From Escherichia phage pO2: a stretch of DNA of 39,037 nucleotides. Below, in pieces: positions 30,031-38,435 of this stretch (positions are counted from its first letter, which is position 1; every line of letters starts with the position of its first letter). Under the pieces are notes generated by a model. The model did not search any database. It was not told the origin of the DNA and worked only from the letters and a program-made list of their open reading frames with translations. The stretch lies in the sequence record OR228483.1. One strand, written 5' to 3'. The translations under genes and the position numbers were made by a program.

Positions 30031-30728
30031 TAGAAGTCGTAATCGCCACCAGAGTTGGAGTCATCCCCACCTTCGGAACCATCGTCACCGAAGTCATCAG
30101 ACCCGAAGTCACCATCGGTTGACGCTTTGTAGCCAGTACCGAGGTCTTCATCATCACCCCAGCCACCATCGCCACCAGCACCATCACCTTTCCACTCCTT
30201 CAGTTCTACCAGAAGGCAGGACTCAAGCTGGAGCTTAACGCTTGCACCAGTCGCAGCGTTCCACTTGAACGGCAGGACTTTAAACTTGACCTTCAGCTTT
30301 GAGCCAGCGCCAATATTCGGGACGTCACGGATTAACTTAGCATCGGTGTCGTAGAACCGTAATATGATAGGCTCTGACTTACCATCCTTCAGGTAAGACG
30401 CGAAGCATTTAAACTTCATGGTAACAGTACCGTCACCATTCTCAATCCACGGCATGTCGCCTTCTCGTGGTTCAATAGGCTTCTTGCCACGCTGAACCTG
30501 AGGTGGGTTCTTCTCGTGGTCTGCAAGTGCTCTCGCATACGCATCGTCGTGAATCTTCTGTAAGACATCAATCATCTTACGGACCTTCGGGTTGCTCAGG
30601 TCGAATGTCAGGTTGACTTTGTGTTCACCACGCTCGTTGAACTTGGTGTCTGCTTTGTTCAGCCATGCGTAAGGCTCAACGATGCCAGCTACCGGAGTGG
30701 TGAAAGTCTTCAGTTGCTCTTTAGCCAT
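30030..30728 (-). CDS. gp2.5: Single-stranded DNA-binding protein
   Basis: 232 aa; T7 gp2.5-like (GDMPW, NGDGT, KFKC, GSKLKVK, ASVKLQLES), acidic tail ending DF. Confidence 0.93.
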   Translation of the reverse strand: MAKEQLKTFTTPVAGIVEPYAWLNKADTKFNERGEHKVNLTFDLSNPKVRKMIDVLQKIHDDAYARALADHEKNPPQVQRGKKPIEPREGDMPWIENGDGTVTMKFKCFASYLKDGKSEPIILRFYDTDAKLIRDVPNIGAGSKLKVKFKVLPFKWNAATGASVKLQLESCLLVELKEWKGDGAGGDGGWGDDEDLGTGYKASTDGDFGSDDFGDDGSEGGDDSNSGGDYDF

Positions 30729-30768
30729 TGGTGTAAATCTCCTAATTTAAAAGTTACGAACTGGACGT

Positions 30769-30791
30769 CTGTCCTACAGTGATAGTTAGGT
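30769..30791 (-). promoter_or_regulatory. Variant phage promoter (phi2.5-like), CACTGTAGGA
   Basis: + strand GTCCTACAGTGATAGTTAGG upstream of gp2.5; overlaps gp2 stop. Confidence 0.5.
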
Positions 30792-30944
30792 CTCAGGACG
30801 AATCCGTCCGACCACAAACCCAGCGTCCTCATACTCTTGGGACTTCAGGGTAGCCTCTTCAAGAGACTTTGCGTACACAGGAACCTCGAAGGACTGAACG
30901 CGACCCTCAAGCTCCACGATGTATTTCTTCTCAACCTCAGTCAT
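30786..30944 (-). CDS. gp2: Inhibitor of host RNA polymerase (gp2)
   Basis: 52 aa, hand-found: [35 protein letters not shown] matches T7 gp2 ([35 protein letters not shown]); AAGGAGA before ATG. Confidence 0.75.
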   Translation of the reverse strand: MTEVEKKYIVELEGRVQSFEVPVYAKSLEEATLKSQEYEDAGFVVGRIRPET

Positions 30945-31060
30945 AAAATCTCCTTGTCGAGAATCTCTTCCAGCTTAACAAGTTCCTCTTCGGATAAATC
31001 AGTGAAGTCCACGAACTCCTTAATAAGCTGACACACAAAGTTAATCTGGTCTTGGTTCAT
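30941..31060 (-). CDS. Small acidic protein, 39 aa (gp1.8-like position)
   Basis: ATG at 31060 preceded by AAGGAG; stop overlaps gp2 start; ORF-track version 30941..31138 starts at a GTG with no ribosome-binding site. Confidence 0.4.
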   Translation of the reverse strand: MNQDQINFVCQLIKEFVDFTDLSEEELVKLEEILDKEIL

Positions 31061-31138
31061 AAACCGCGCTCCTTCCATTGGTTGTATAACGTAATGTAGT
31101 CCGGGTTGAGAGTCTTCTCGTACATCTCCCGGCACCAC

Positions 31139-31468
31139 TCACTCGGCAGCATAGCACTTACCTTTATGCAGGTCGAACAGCTCCTGATAGAAGGCTGCTT
31201 TGTTCAGGTCCTTCTCCATAGTAGCCAGCTCGGACTTCTTACCAGCTCGGAGTCGATACTTCAGGACGTTACCCATGCAGAAACCACGGAACTCACTGAC
31301 AGTCATGGACCGGGCGATAATCTCAATGGATTCCACACCATCAAAGACCTGATAGTGGGACGGCTTGTATACACCGTCATCAGCTACAGCAACTGGATGA
31401 GGTGTTGAGATACCGCATCGACAGTCGTCATAACGTTCATGGCACGTCTTGCATTCGTAGTGTGACAT
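31139..31468 (-). CDS. Conserved phage protein with N-terminal Cys cluster (CKTCHERYDDCRC); possibly DUF3310-like
   Basis: 109 aa; GAAGGAGG before ATG; family assignment from memory only. Confidence 0.55.
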   Translation of the reverse strand: MSHYECKTCHERYDDCRCGISTPHPVAVADDGVYKPSHYQVFDGVESIEIIARSMTVSEFRGFCMGNVLKYRLRAGKKSELATMEKDLNKAAFYQELFDLHKGKCYAAE

Positions 31469-31722
31469 TAGAACACCTCCTTCACGACCTCAACGAACAG
31501 ACGAACGCGAGGCCACTTGGTGTAGACCACAGGTACGTTGGCCTCACGCTTCTGGCGAGCCTCTTCAGCTTTGCCGGGAGTAATCAGAGCGTAGACTGTA
31601 GGTGACAGCTTAACGGCCTTCCCGAAGTAGCCCAGCTTCTCATTACACTTAATGCAAGCGAACGGGTTGTGAGACAGGTGGAAGGTATTGGAGTAACGGT
31701 TGAACATTAAGTTCTTAAACAT
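31468..31722 (-). CDS. Hypothetical protein, 84 aa
   Basis: TAAGGAGG before ATG; first gene after the phi1.5-like promoter. Confidence 0.55.
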   Translation of the reverse strand: MFKNLMFNRYSNTFHLSHNPFACIKCNEKLGYFGKAVKLSPTVYALITPGKAEEARQKREANVPVVYTKWPRVRLFVEVVKEVF

Positions 31723-31749
31723 GGTCGGCCTCCTTAGGTCGAGTTATGG

Positions 31750-31772
31750 TTGTCCTATAGTGATAGCTTAGG
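31750..31772 (-). promoter_or_regulatory. Phage RNA polymerase promoter (phi1.5-like)
   Basis: + strand TGTCCTATAGTGATAGCTTAGGG. Confidence 0.6.
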
Positions 31773-31808
31773 GTCAGGCTGGTGGCCCATACGATAGCTT
31801 GCTAGCAT

Positions 31809-31843
31809 AAGCAGAGAAACCCAGCAGTCCGAAGACCACTGGG
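31809..31843 (-). terminator. TE-like intrinsic terminator after the ligase gene (end of early operon)
   Basis: Minus-strand RNA CCCAGUGGUC-UUCG-GACUGCUGGG then UUUCUCUGCUU; 10-bp stem with two G-U pairs. Confidence 0.6.
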
Positions 31844-31854
31844 TTGACGTTTAG

Positions 31855-32970
31855 TTAACTCTTAACGGTCGGATTGTCTTCCGTTCCACGCCAGCACTTG
31901 AAGCTGGGGTGACGAAGTGAACCATCTGGGAACCGCTCCATGAATAGGACTTCACACTGCCAGCCTTCGTATGGGTTATCGAAGTAAGGTTCGTTACCAC
32001 CAATGGCATACGGAGCAAAGATGCCCCCCGCAGCAAGCGGGTCTTCATTGACCTTAGCCGTGAACTCGTCCTTCTGTGTTTCAGTCAGACCGCAGGCGTT
32101 AACCACCATACCGTCTTCCAGTAGCACCTCAAATCCTATGACCTTACCCTCGTTAGCTTTACCCGGAGTCCCCCACACGAGGCCACACACGGTCCCGTCG
32201 ATGGTCTCCTCAGGCTTCATTTTCCACATGCCAGACTTCTTGCCACGCTTGTATTTACCAAGCGGGTCCTTGACTACCAGACCCTCATGTCCTTCCAGCC
32301 GCTTCTCTTCGTACAGGGAGCTGAGCGACTCAAGGTCATAGACCGTGTGTGACTCAGACAGAACCCAGTCGATTTCCGGGAAGTATTTCTGGAGGAGAGG
32401 GATGACAGCTTCGGCCTTCAGGCGTGTGACGCTATGGATAGGACCTTCGGATTTCGGGTCAAGGATGACGTTAAGGTCCACTACACCGTAGACGACCACC
32501 TTGATGAACCTCTGGTCCAGACAGAATGGTAGCTTCTCTTTCGTCCAGTTCTTACCCCAGTGCTCACCAGTTGAAAACTCAAAGTTCTTTTGCTTTACCC
32601 ACTTCGTTCGGATGAGACCTGAAGACGTATTGAAGTCCACTCCTTTTACCATGACCTCACCGTCAATCATCAGACCAGTGCCTTCGTAGCCAGCCTGCTT
32701 CAGGAACCACCGCCAGTCGCTAGCTTTTTGCTGGTCCTCGACGATGTTGTCGATGTTGGTAAGGACTGACAGCCACTCAAGGGCTGGGAGAGGTTTAGAC
32801 TCACGGCTCAACCATTGAGTCTCACCAGTAGGGAAGACCGGAAGATTCAACCGGACACCGTCATACTTCACTTCAGCTTCCAGCGACCCGGCAGCTTCCA
32901 AGGCCTTCTTAACGCCAGACTCAGAGTAATCTACAGCGCGGTGCGGGTTAGTTTTGATAGTCGTTGTCAT
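31855..32970 (-). CDS. gp1.3: ATP-dependent DNA ligase
   Basis: 371 aa; T7 ligase-like (KTNP, EVKYDGVR adenylation lysine, EGLVVKDP, YKRGKKSGMWKMKPE, GSLRHPSF). Confidence 0.95.
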   Translation of the reverse strand: MTTTIKTNPHRAVDYSESGVKKALEAAGSLEAEVKYDGVRLNLPVFPTGETQWLSRESKPLPALEWLSVLTNIDNIVEDQQKASDWRWFLKQAGYEGTGLMIDGEVMVKGVDFNTSSGLIRTKWVKQKNFEFSTGEHWGKNWTKEKLPFCLDQRFIKVVVYGVVDLNVILDPKSEGPIHSVTRLKAEAVIPLLQKYFPEIDWVLSESHTVYDLESLSSLYEEKRLEGHEGLVVKDPLGKYKRGKKSGMWKMKPEETIDGTVCGLVWGTPGKANEGKVIGFEVLLEDGMVVNACGLTETQKDEFTAKVNEDPLAAGGIFAPYAIGGNEPYFDNPYEGWQCEVLFMERFPDGSLRHPSFKCWRGTEDNPTVKS

Positions 32971-33221
32971 TATTTCCAGCTCCTATAAGCGTTCAATTGT
33001 TGTAAGCACCATTGCTCACAGCTAAAGATTTCATCTTTGGTAAATTCGCGGGAGACCAGAAGCCTCCCACCATCTGCTTCAATTACTCTGACCAGAGTTT
33101 TTCCGGGGCACGGCGAGTAATCCATTAGGACATCAAGTCCTGCCTCACTCAGCTCGCGGTGTGTCCGGCCTAACGATGACCACTGGCTGGTGGACGCATC
33201 AAATACCCAACGTCTGCTCAT
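32970..33221 (-). CDS. gp1.2: gp1.2-like protein (dGTPase inhibitor homolog)
   Basis: 83 aa; C-terminal region resembles T7 gp1.2 and ends WK. Confidence 0.7.
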   Translation of the reverse strand: MSRRWVFDASTSQWSSLGRTHRELSEAGLDVLMDYSPCPGKTLVRVIEADGGRLLVSREFTKDEIFSCEQWCLQQLNAYRSWK

Positions 33222-33224
33222 GTC

Positions 33225-33404
33225 TTACGCTCCTACGAAATACTTCTCTCTGTTGACCAGAGAGTCTTTACCTTCAGCGTTACGGAAAGCACCCTTGACA
33301 CCGCCGCCACGCTTGGTCTTGTTCAGCTTGCGGCCCTTCGGAATGTAACCTTCAGTCTGCTGACGTTCACGGATTCGCTCGAAGTTGATAGTGTTCTGAT
33401 ACAT
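33225..33404 (-). CDS. Small basic protein, 59 aa (gp1.1-like position)
   Basis: Hand-found: ATG 33404 preceded by AGGAG; ...KGRKLNKTKRGGGVKGAF...; stop overlaps gp1.2 start. Confidence 0.5.
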   Translation of the reverse strand: MYQNTINFERIRERQQTEGYIPKGRKLNKTKRGGGVKGAFRNAEGKDSLVNREKYFVGA

Positions 33405-33438
33405 GGTGTAGCTCCTGATTGAATGAGTTAGGGTTAAT

Positions 33439-33476
33439 CATGAAGGCCACGACTTTGAGTCATGACCTTGAGTCTA
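33439..33476 (-). promoter_or_regulatory. Conserved hairpin element (candidate RNase III site, R1.1-like), copy 3 of 3
   Basis: CATGAAGGCCAC...TGACCTTGAGTCTA; minus-strand RNA forms a 12-bp stem AAGGUCAUGACU / AGUCGUGGCCUU with G-U wobbles. Confidence 0.5.
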
Positions 33477-33497
33477 ATCCTATAGTGATAGTTTAGG
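33475..33497 (-). promoter_or_regulatory. Phage RNA polymerase promoter (phi1.1-like; T7 replication-origin region equivalent)
   Basis: + strand CCTATAGTGATAGTTTAGGTTA. Confidence 0.65.
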
Positions 33498-33571
33498 TTA
33501 ACCTCTTCTGCGTGGGATTAAAGTGAATACTGCGAGTGCTCCCAGCCACAAGGCCAGTAACTGTAGGTCTG

Positions 33572-33787
33572 TCATTTGGTCTGCTCCAGCTTGGTCACTG
33601 CGTCTTTCAGGTATTTCTCGTGGCTGGATTCCACAAGATAGACGAGGGTCTTGAATGGGACGTTAAGCTGCTTTGACATTTCGGTAGGAATGACCGTGGT
33701 CTTCACCAGACCCTTTCCGTTGTGTTCTGTTACGGTCACGATTTGAGTCCCACCATTAACGCCAGTCTGCTTGTGTGCAAATTTCAT
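33572..33787 (-). CDS. Hypothetical protein, 71 aa, immediately downstream of the RNA polymerase gene
   Basis: AGGAGA before ATG at 33787. Confidence 0.5.
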   Translation of the reverse strand: MKFAHKQTGVNGGTQIVTVTEHNGKGLVKTTVIPTEMSKQLNVPFKTLVYLVESSHEKYLKDAVTKLEQTK

Positions 33788-33801
33788 AACTCTCTCTCCT
33801 G

Positions 33802-36483
33802 TTAAGCGAATGCAAAGTCTGAAGACAAGATGTCCTCGATATTCAGTTTACCTTTCTTCGGAAGCTCAGGCAACTTGTCGCGCTGACTCTCGTGAAGCTG
33901 GTATTCGAACTGCTCGTAGAAGTCAAGCAGCACATCGTTGTCGCGGTAGGTCTCTACCATCGTCTCACGGACACCACGGAACAGATACTCAGCGTCAGCC
34001 GGGATGGTCCCGAAGCTATCGTGAATCACTGCGAATGACATCACGCCATACTTGCGGTGCGTGTGGACTACAGTCTTGCGGAGGTGGCTACCATCTTGTG
34101 AGTGGACGAAGTTCGGGCTAATGCCTGACTCCTGCTTGTGCTTGTCCAGCTCTTTCTTCGTACCTCTGTTGACGGTAGGTTGAAGGTTGAATGACCCTAA
34201 GAACATCAGGTTCAGACGAGTGGTATCTTTCTTGCGGTATTCCTGCCAGACCGGGAAACCATCAGGTGTGACCCAGTGTACCGGAAGGCATGGCTTCAGG
34301 ATTTCGCCAGTCTTCTTGTCCTTCACTTCAGCAGCCAGCAGCTTGGCAGCGCCTTGAAGCCACTTCATCGCGTCAACCGCAGCAACTACTGTCACACTCA
34401 CAGCTTCCCAAATCATCTTTGCCATGAAGCGAGACGCTTGGCTTGGCTCGGTGAACATTGCTCCCTTACCGGAGTCAATCGCTGGCATCACGGTGTCTTC
34501 GAACACTTGGTCGGCGAACCCATACTCTTTCGACCCGTAGGCCAGAGTCATGACCGAGCGCTTAGTGACCGAGCGAGACATACCGAATTGCAGCCACTGA
34601 CGGGCCAGCTCTCGTGTCCCCAGCTTGATACGTTCGGTAATCTCACCAGTTTTCTTATCCTCGTGAGTGACCATCTCGTTGTCAGTACCGTTAATCAGCA
34701 GGACTTTAAGCTCCTCCTCAATGCGGTCAGACACAATGCGGTAGATGTCTTGCACCTTACCGGATGGCGTCAGGTTTACTGCATGTCCACCGATGTGGTC
34801 ACGAAGCATCGCGCTGAAGTGCTGAATACCAGAGCATGACCCATCGAACGCTATCGGCAGCGAGCAGGAGTAAGACAGGCCGTGGTGCATTACGCCAGCA
34901 TACTCGAAGCAGAACGCGAGGAAACAGAACGGAGAGTCTAACTTGCCCCACCACTCAATACTATCCATCGGTGCCTTAGCAGCAGCCATGATGTTTTCGT
35001 GGTTGTCTTCCACCCACTTGATGCGCTCATCGAAGGTGACTTTATCGACACCCGCACAGTTTGCACCGTGGACCTTCAGCCATTTGAAACCGTCAGCACC
35101 AATAGGCTTGCCGACTGCCAGAGTCAGGAGACCCTTCTGCATGTCGTTACCCTGAGGGTTGAACATCGGGACAGCGTAGACACGACCTCGCCAATCCATG
35201 TTGTACGGGAACCAGATGGCCTTGAACTGAGAGAACTTGTTTGCTTGGTTAACGATAAAGCTCAGTGATAATCTGCGTGACTGTCTGGCCTTCTCGCGGC
35301 GATAGATACCAGCAGCAGCCTTCTTCCATGCCTTGAGTTCCTCCTCGGTCTCACCAGCATAGTCCTCAGGCTTCAGCGGTTCCATCTGAGGGATGTCATC
35401 AATAGGCGTGTTGTTCAGCTTCTCGACCATGTTCACCACGTCCAGAACCTTCTTGTTAACTTTCCAAGGTGTATTCTGAATGATGTTCACAGCGTCATAG
35501 ACTTCAGGCATGTATACGTCTTCATAACGTGCTACCGCAGACTTAGACCCTAAGCGAATCAATGGTAACGGTCTGCGACCTTTGGCCCAGTACCCACCAC
35601 CTACGACACCAGTCCACGGCTTAGGTGGAACGACGCAAGGCTGGTAGACTGGAGCGATACCCGCAAGGCTGAATCCTCGTTGTGCCATCTTCTTGACCCA
35701 GAAGTCTGACAGGTGGACCATCTCTACGTCAGCCGCTGCATTACCAGCACCGTACCGCTTAAGCTCGACCAGTTGTGTTGACTGGATGACAATCTCGAGC
35801 ATCTTGATGCCAACGTGGACAGCCTCTGTAGGACTCCAAGTCCCCCATGCATCTTCCAGTTGGCCTTGCTCCAGCATGGACGCCTCGACCGCTTGCATGT
35901 AGGCTTTCTTGTAGGATGCCCCAGCTCGCTTGTTCAGGTTCTCAGCTATCGCCTTCTTGAAGTGCTCCTTCTCTTTGTCACGGATGCGACCGAAGCGGAT
36001 TTCGTCCTCAAGTGTGCGACCTATCGCGGAGGCCATCGGTGTAATCGGTATCCCTTCAGGCTTGACCAGCTTGGAGAGTATGACCTTCAGTATGATAACC
36101 GCAGCGGACTCACAGGAGATGCGCATAGAGCGGTCCTTTACGGCCTTCTCTTCAGTGCTCAACATGGTGAACGCTACGCTAGGACGCGAGGTTGACAGCT
36201 TCCCGTCTGGGCCTTCATGCCACTCCTTGACGGCTTGCGCAATCTTAGGGACCAGAGTCTGCATCAAAGGCTTGGCGACCTGATTGTCTGCCAGTTCCCC
36301 GCGCTCAGTCTGTCGCTCAAGGTTCTTGATGAAACGTCGCTCGCCTTCTGTATATGCCTCATGCTCAAGCTGAAGCTGTTTGACTGCAAGGTCTTGCCCG
36401 TAGTGGTCAGCCAGCAGGTTAAACGGCTCAATGGCGTTCGACACATCAGAGAAGTCGTGTTTGTCAATAGAGATGACGCTCAT
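33802..36483 (-). CDS. gp1: Single-subunit DNA-directed RNA polymerase
   Basis: 893 aa; long identical blocks to T7/T3 RNA polymerase (PCVVPPKPWTG, FPYNMDWRGRVYA, AFDGSCSGIQHFSAM, HDSFGT, C-terminal FAFA). Confidence 0.98.
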   Translation of the reverse strand: MSVISIDKHDFSDVSNAIEPFNLLADHYGQDLAVKQLQLEHEAYTEGERRFIKNLERQTERGELADNQVAKPLMQTLVPKIAQAVKEWHEGPDGKLSTSRPSVAFTMLSTEEKAVKDRSMRISCESAAVIILKVILSKLVKPEGIPITPMASAIGRTLEDEIRFGRIRDKEKEHFKKAIAENLNKRAGASYKKAYMQAVEASMLEQGQLEDAWGTWSPTEAVHVGIKMLEIVIQSTQLVELKRYGAGNAAADVEMVHLSDFWVKKMAQRGFSLAGIAPVYQPCVVPPKPWTGVVGGGYWAKGRRPLPLIRLGSKSAVARYEDVYMPEVYDAVNIIQNTPWKVNKKVLDVVNMVEKLNNTPIDDIPQMEPLKPEDYAGETEEELKAWKKAAAGIYRREKARQSRRLSLSFIVNQANKFSQFKAIWFPYNMDWRGRVYAVPMFNPQGNDMQKGLLTLAVGKPIGADGFKWLKVHGANCAGVDKVTFDERIKWVEDNHENIMAAAKAPMDSIEWWGKLDSPFCFLAFCFEYAGVMHHGLSYSCSLPIAFDGSCSGIQHFSAMLRDHIGGHAVNLTPSGKVQDIYRIVSDRIEEELKVLLINGTDNEMVTHEDKKTGEITERIKLGTRELARQWLQFGMSRSVTKRSVMTLAYGSKEYGFADQVFEDTVMPAIDSGKGAMFTEPSQASRFMAKMIWEAVSVTVVAAVDAMKWLQGAAKLLAAEVKDKKTGEILKPCLPVHWVTPDGFPVWQEYRKKDTTRLNLMFLGSFNLQPTVNRGTKKELDKHKQESGISPNFVHSQDGSHLRKTVVHTHRKYGVMSFAVIHDSFGTIPADAEYLFRGVRETMVETYRDNDVLLDFYEQFEYQLHESQRDKLPELPKKGKLNIEDILSSDFAFA

Positions 36484-36503
36484 ACTTAAAGTCCTTGTTA
36501 TTA

Positions 36504-36544
36504 GTCTTTCACTTAGAGTCTCTTTGGTCTTTCACTTGGAGTCT
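36504..36544 (-). repeat. Two 18-bp direct repeats (GTCTTTCACTT[A/G]GAGTCT) in the RNA polymerase gene leader
   Basis: Units at 36504..36521 and 36527..36544, 17/18 identical. Confidence 0.6.
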
Positions 36545-36552
36545 TAGACCTT

Positions 36553-36575
36553 GAGTCCTATAGTGATAGTTTAGT
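36553..36575 (-). promoter_or_regulatory. Phage RNA polymerase promoter directly upstream of the RNA polymerase gene
   Basis: + strand GTCCTATAGTGATAGTTTAGTC, full match to the promoter family. Confidence 0.6.
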
Positions 36576-36580
36576 CATAA

Positions 36581-36907
36581 TTACTTGCATATCAATGGGT
36601 TAGCGTGAAGATGACTGAAGTCACCATGAGTCGTGTGCTTGATGGTTGACCGTTGGTCTATCGCCTTCCAGCCTGAGACCAGAAGTTTACCATCGTCTGT
36701 GATTGGTCGTCCACCATACGCCAGACACATCAGCTCGGACTTATGGCCCTCGGCCCGGAGTCTTGCTTGCAGAACCCGGTCGCGCTCCTGCTGTTGACGT
36801 GCGGTGTGACTTGACGTTCCGTGACGATACCCTGTAGCCAGTAGGCTTAACATGTTCATTTCTGCGTCCATAGAGTGTACCAGATTAATCCCGTATGATT
36901 TGTTCAT
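36581..36907 (-). CDS. Hypothetical early protein, 108 aa
   Basis: ATG at 36907 overlaps upstream stop (TAATG); no motif recognised. Confidence 0.5.
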   Translation of the reverse strand: MNKSYGINLVHSMDAEMNMLSLLATGYRHGTSSHTARQQQERDRVLQARLRAEGHKSELMCLAYGGRPITDDGKLLVSGWKAIDQRSTIKHTTHGDFSHLHANPLICK

Positions 36908-37104
36908 TACAGTTTGCTCCCAAGTGTTGCTATATCCCAGACGTTCGCTAAATTGCGCAGGAATCGTCCGTTAGGTTGACGTACAGTCCAGCGGACCATA
37001 CGTACATAGTTGAATTTATAGACTTTACGCGCTTTGTTGATGTCTCTCATCAGCATGTAGGCGATAAGTCCATAGCCTATGGCTATCAATAGTTCGATAC
37101 TCAT
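36907..37104 (-). CDS. Small early membrane protein, 65 aa
   Basis: N-terminal hydrophobic segment LLIAIGYGLIAYMLM, then basic tail. Confidence 0.5.
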   Translation of the reverse strand: MSIELLIAIGYGLIAYMLMRDINKARKVYKFNYVRMVRWTVRQPNGRFLRNLANVWDIATLGSKL

Positions 37105-37190
37105 AGTGATTTCCGTTTAATACAGTCGTATAACCCATAGCCTATCATCCAGACAACTGGCGCTAGGCAGACCCAATATCCCAAACTCAT
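37101..37190 (-). CDS. Small hydrophobic peptide, 29 aa
   Basis: Hand-found: ATG 37190 preceded by GGAG; MSLGYWVCLAPVVWMIGYGLYDCIKRKSL; stop overlaps next start (ATGA). Confidence 0.3.
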   Translation of the reverse strand: MSLGYWVCLAPVVWMIGYGLYDCIKRKSL

Positions 37191-37264
37191 AGTTAACTCC
37201 TATCAATTTAAGTGATAATCTTCGAGGCCACCTATCAGTCGATGACCTCTCGTCTATCACTCTC

Positions 37265-37636
37265 CTACACTTCCACCGCTACGGTAGTCATCTTGGTCAC
37301 AGTAAGGCCACCAGCAAGCTCGACCGCATAGCGTATCGCCTCGTCTTTGGACCTGAAATCTTTTCCAGCAAGGTGGTAAATATCACCGTTTATTACTTTG
37401 GTCGGCTTGCGGCTGACTGCTATGGCGTTGCTAAGGGAAAGCTCACCCTTCAACCACTGAGAGTGCCAGCGGCATACGCTCTTAGGAGATACGTTGAAGT
37501 CACTGGCCACCTTCGCAAGCACAGAGTTAAGTCTAGAAGAGCTGCATTGAGGCTGGCGCACCAAGTCGTATGCCTTTGCTACTCGGATTTTAAACTCGAC
37601 CGTGTAGCTGTTGCGGGCTGTCGTAGTTGTGTTCAT
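37265..37636 (-). CDS. Early helix-turn-helix (HTH) DNA-binding protein, 123 aa; HTH resembles the IS3-family OrfA / transposase_8 type
   Basis: YTVEFKIRVAKAY...LNSVLAKVASDFNVSPKSVCRWHSQW pattern; AAGGA before ATG; sits where T7 has gene 0.7. Confidence 0.6.
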   Translation of the reverse strand: MNTTTTARNSYTVEFKIRVAKAYDLVRQPQCSSSRLNSVLAKVASDFNVSPKSVCRWHSQWLKGELSLSNAIAVSRKPTKVINGDIYHLAGKDFRSKDEAIRYAVELAGGLTVTKMTTVAVEV

Positions 37637-37666
37637 GAGTGTATCCTTTTGTTAATTAATTAAATA

Positions 37667-37715
37667 AGTGACAATCAGTCAGGCCCCTCAGTCAAAGGGC
37701 CTGTAGTCTATCACT
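37667..37715 (-). promoter_or_regulatory. Early-region conserved hairpin element (candidate RNase III site), copy 1 of 3
   Basis: AGTGACAATCAGTCAGG ... CCTGTAGTCTATCACT with inner perfect hairpin GGCCC-N10-GGGCC. Confidence 0.4.
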
Positions 37716-37860
37716 CAGCGTGTAAACTATCGTGTATGCGCTTGCGTCTCCTGTAGACCACTTTCAAGAGACGCATGGCCTCCTCGTGGTTTAACCGCCC
37801 GGTTTTGACCAAAATCCTGGCGTTGGTGACGTGGTGCTGGCAGAGACCATAAGTTACCAT
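37711..37860 (-). CDS. Small basic protein, 49 aa, translationally coupled to the Ocr-like gene
   Basis: Hand-found: ATG 37860 overlaps Ocr stop (TGATG); [49 protein letters not shown]. Confidence 0.3.
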   Translation of the reverse strand: MVTYGLCQHHVTNARILVKTGRLNHEEAMRLLKVVYRRRKRIHDSLHAE

Positions 37861-38363
37861 CACTCGCAATCCTCAGCAGCAGGGTCAAACACTACGTTAT
37901 CGTTGATGTCTTCCACCTTCAGGTGGCGACCTATCGCATAGAAGTCTTTTGCACATGCAGTAGCGACCTCAAGAGCTACAGCTTGCACAATTATTTCGCC
38001 TGTTTTAGCGTCAACTACCCAATATTCATCCTCTTCGTCTGCCTCTTCATCCTCAAACCAGACTACATCCAAGCTATTAGACACATCGTTATAAAGCGCC
38101 TCATAGATGCGAGCTTGTAGGATACGCGTTACGTCCTTGGTTTCAGGCATCAGCCCAGAGTCTTCGAACTCGTGGTCTATACCATCAGCAGCCATCACCG
38201 TGAAAATCTCGTGGTAATAGTTCGGGACCTGACCGTCTACGACCTCATGCAGCGCATCGCTGTAGTCATCGCCTTCAGCTATTTCGTCGTACTGAATACG
38301 CTCATTGAACATCTCAACGGTTGCAGCCAGCAGCTCATAGTATGCGTTAGCATTACGTTCCAT
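37860..38363 (-). CDS. ocr: Ocr-like anti-restriction (DNA mimic) protein with about 50-aa C-terminal extension
   Basis: Residues ~15-115 match T7 Ocr ([43 protein letters not shown], acidic tract); 167 aa versus 117 in T7; GAGGA before ATG. Confidence 0.85.
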   Translation of the reverse strand: MERNANAYYELLAATVEMFNERIQYDEIAEGDDYSDALHEVVDGQVPNYYHEIFTVMAADGIDHEFEDSGLMPETKDVTRILQARIYEALYNDVSNSLDVVWFEDEEADEEDEYWVVDAKTGEIIVQAVALEVATACAKDFYAIGRHLKVEDINDNVVFDPAAEDCE

Positions 38364-38384
38364 AGTTATATCCTCTCAGTTGTT

Positions 38385-38434
38385 AGTGACTATCAGTCAG
38401 GCCGCTATGAGTTAACGACCTGTAGTTAATCACT
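38385..38434 (-). promoter_or_regulatory. Early-region conserved hairpin element, copy 2 of 3
   Basis: AGTGACTATCAGTCAGG ... CCTGTAGTTAATCACT. Confidence 0.4.
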
Positions 38435-38435
38435 C

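Noticed and set aside
37265-37636. Insertion-sequence transposase interpretation of the HTH protein
   Set aside because: Only a short OrfA-like HTH is present, with no catalytic transposase ORF and no flanking inverted repeats; more likely a phage DNA-binding regulator.
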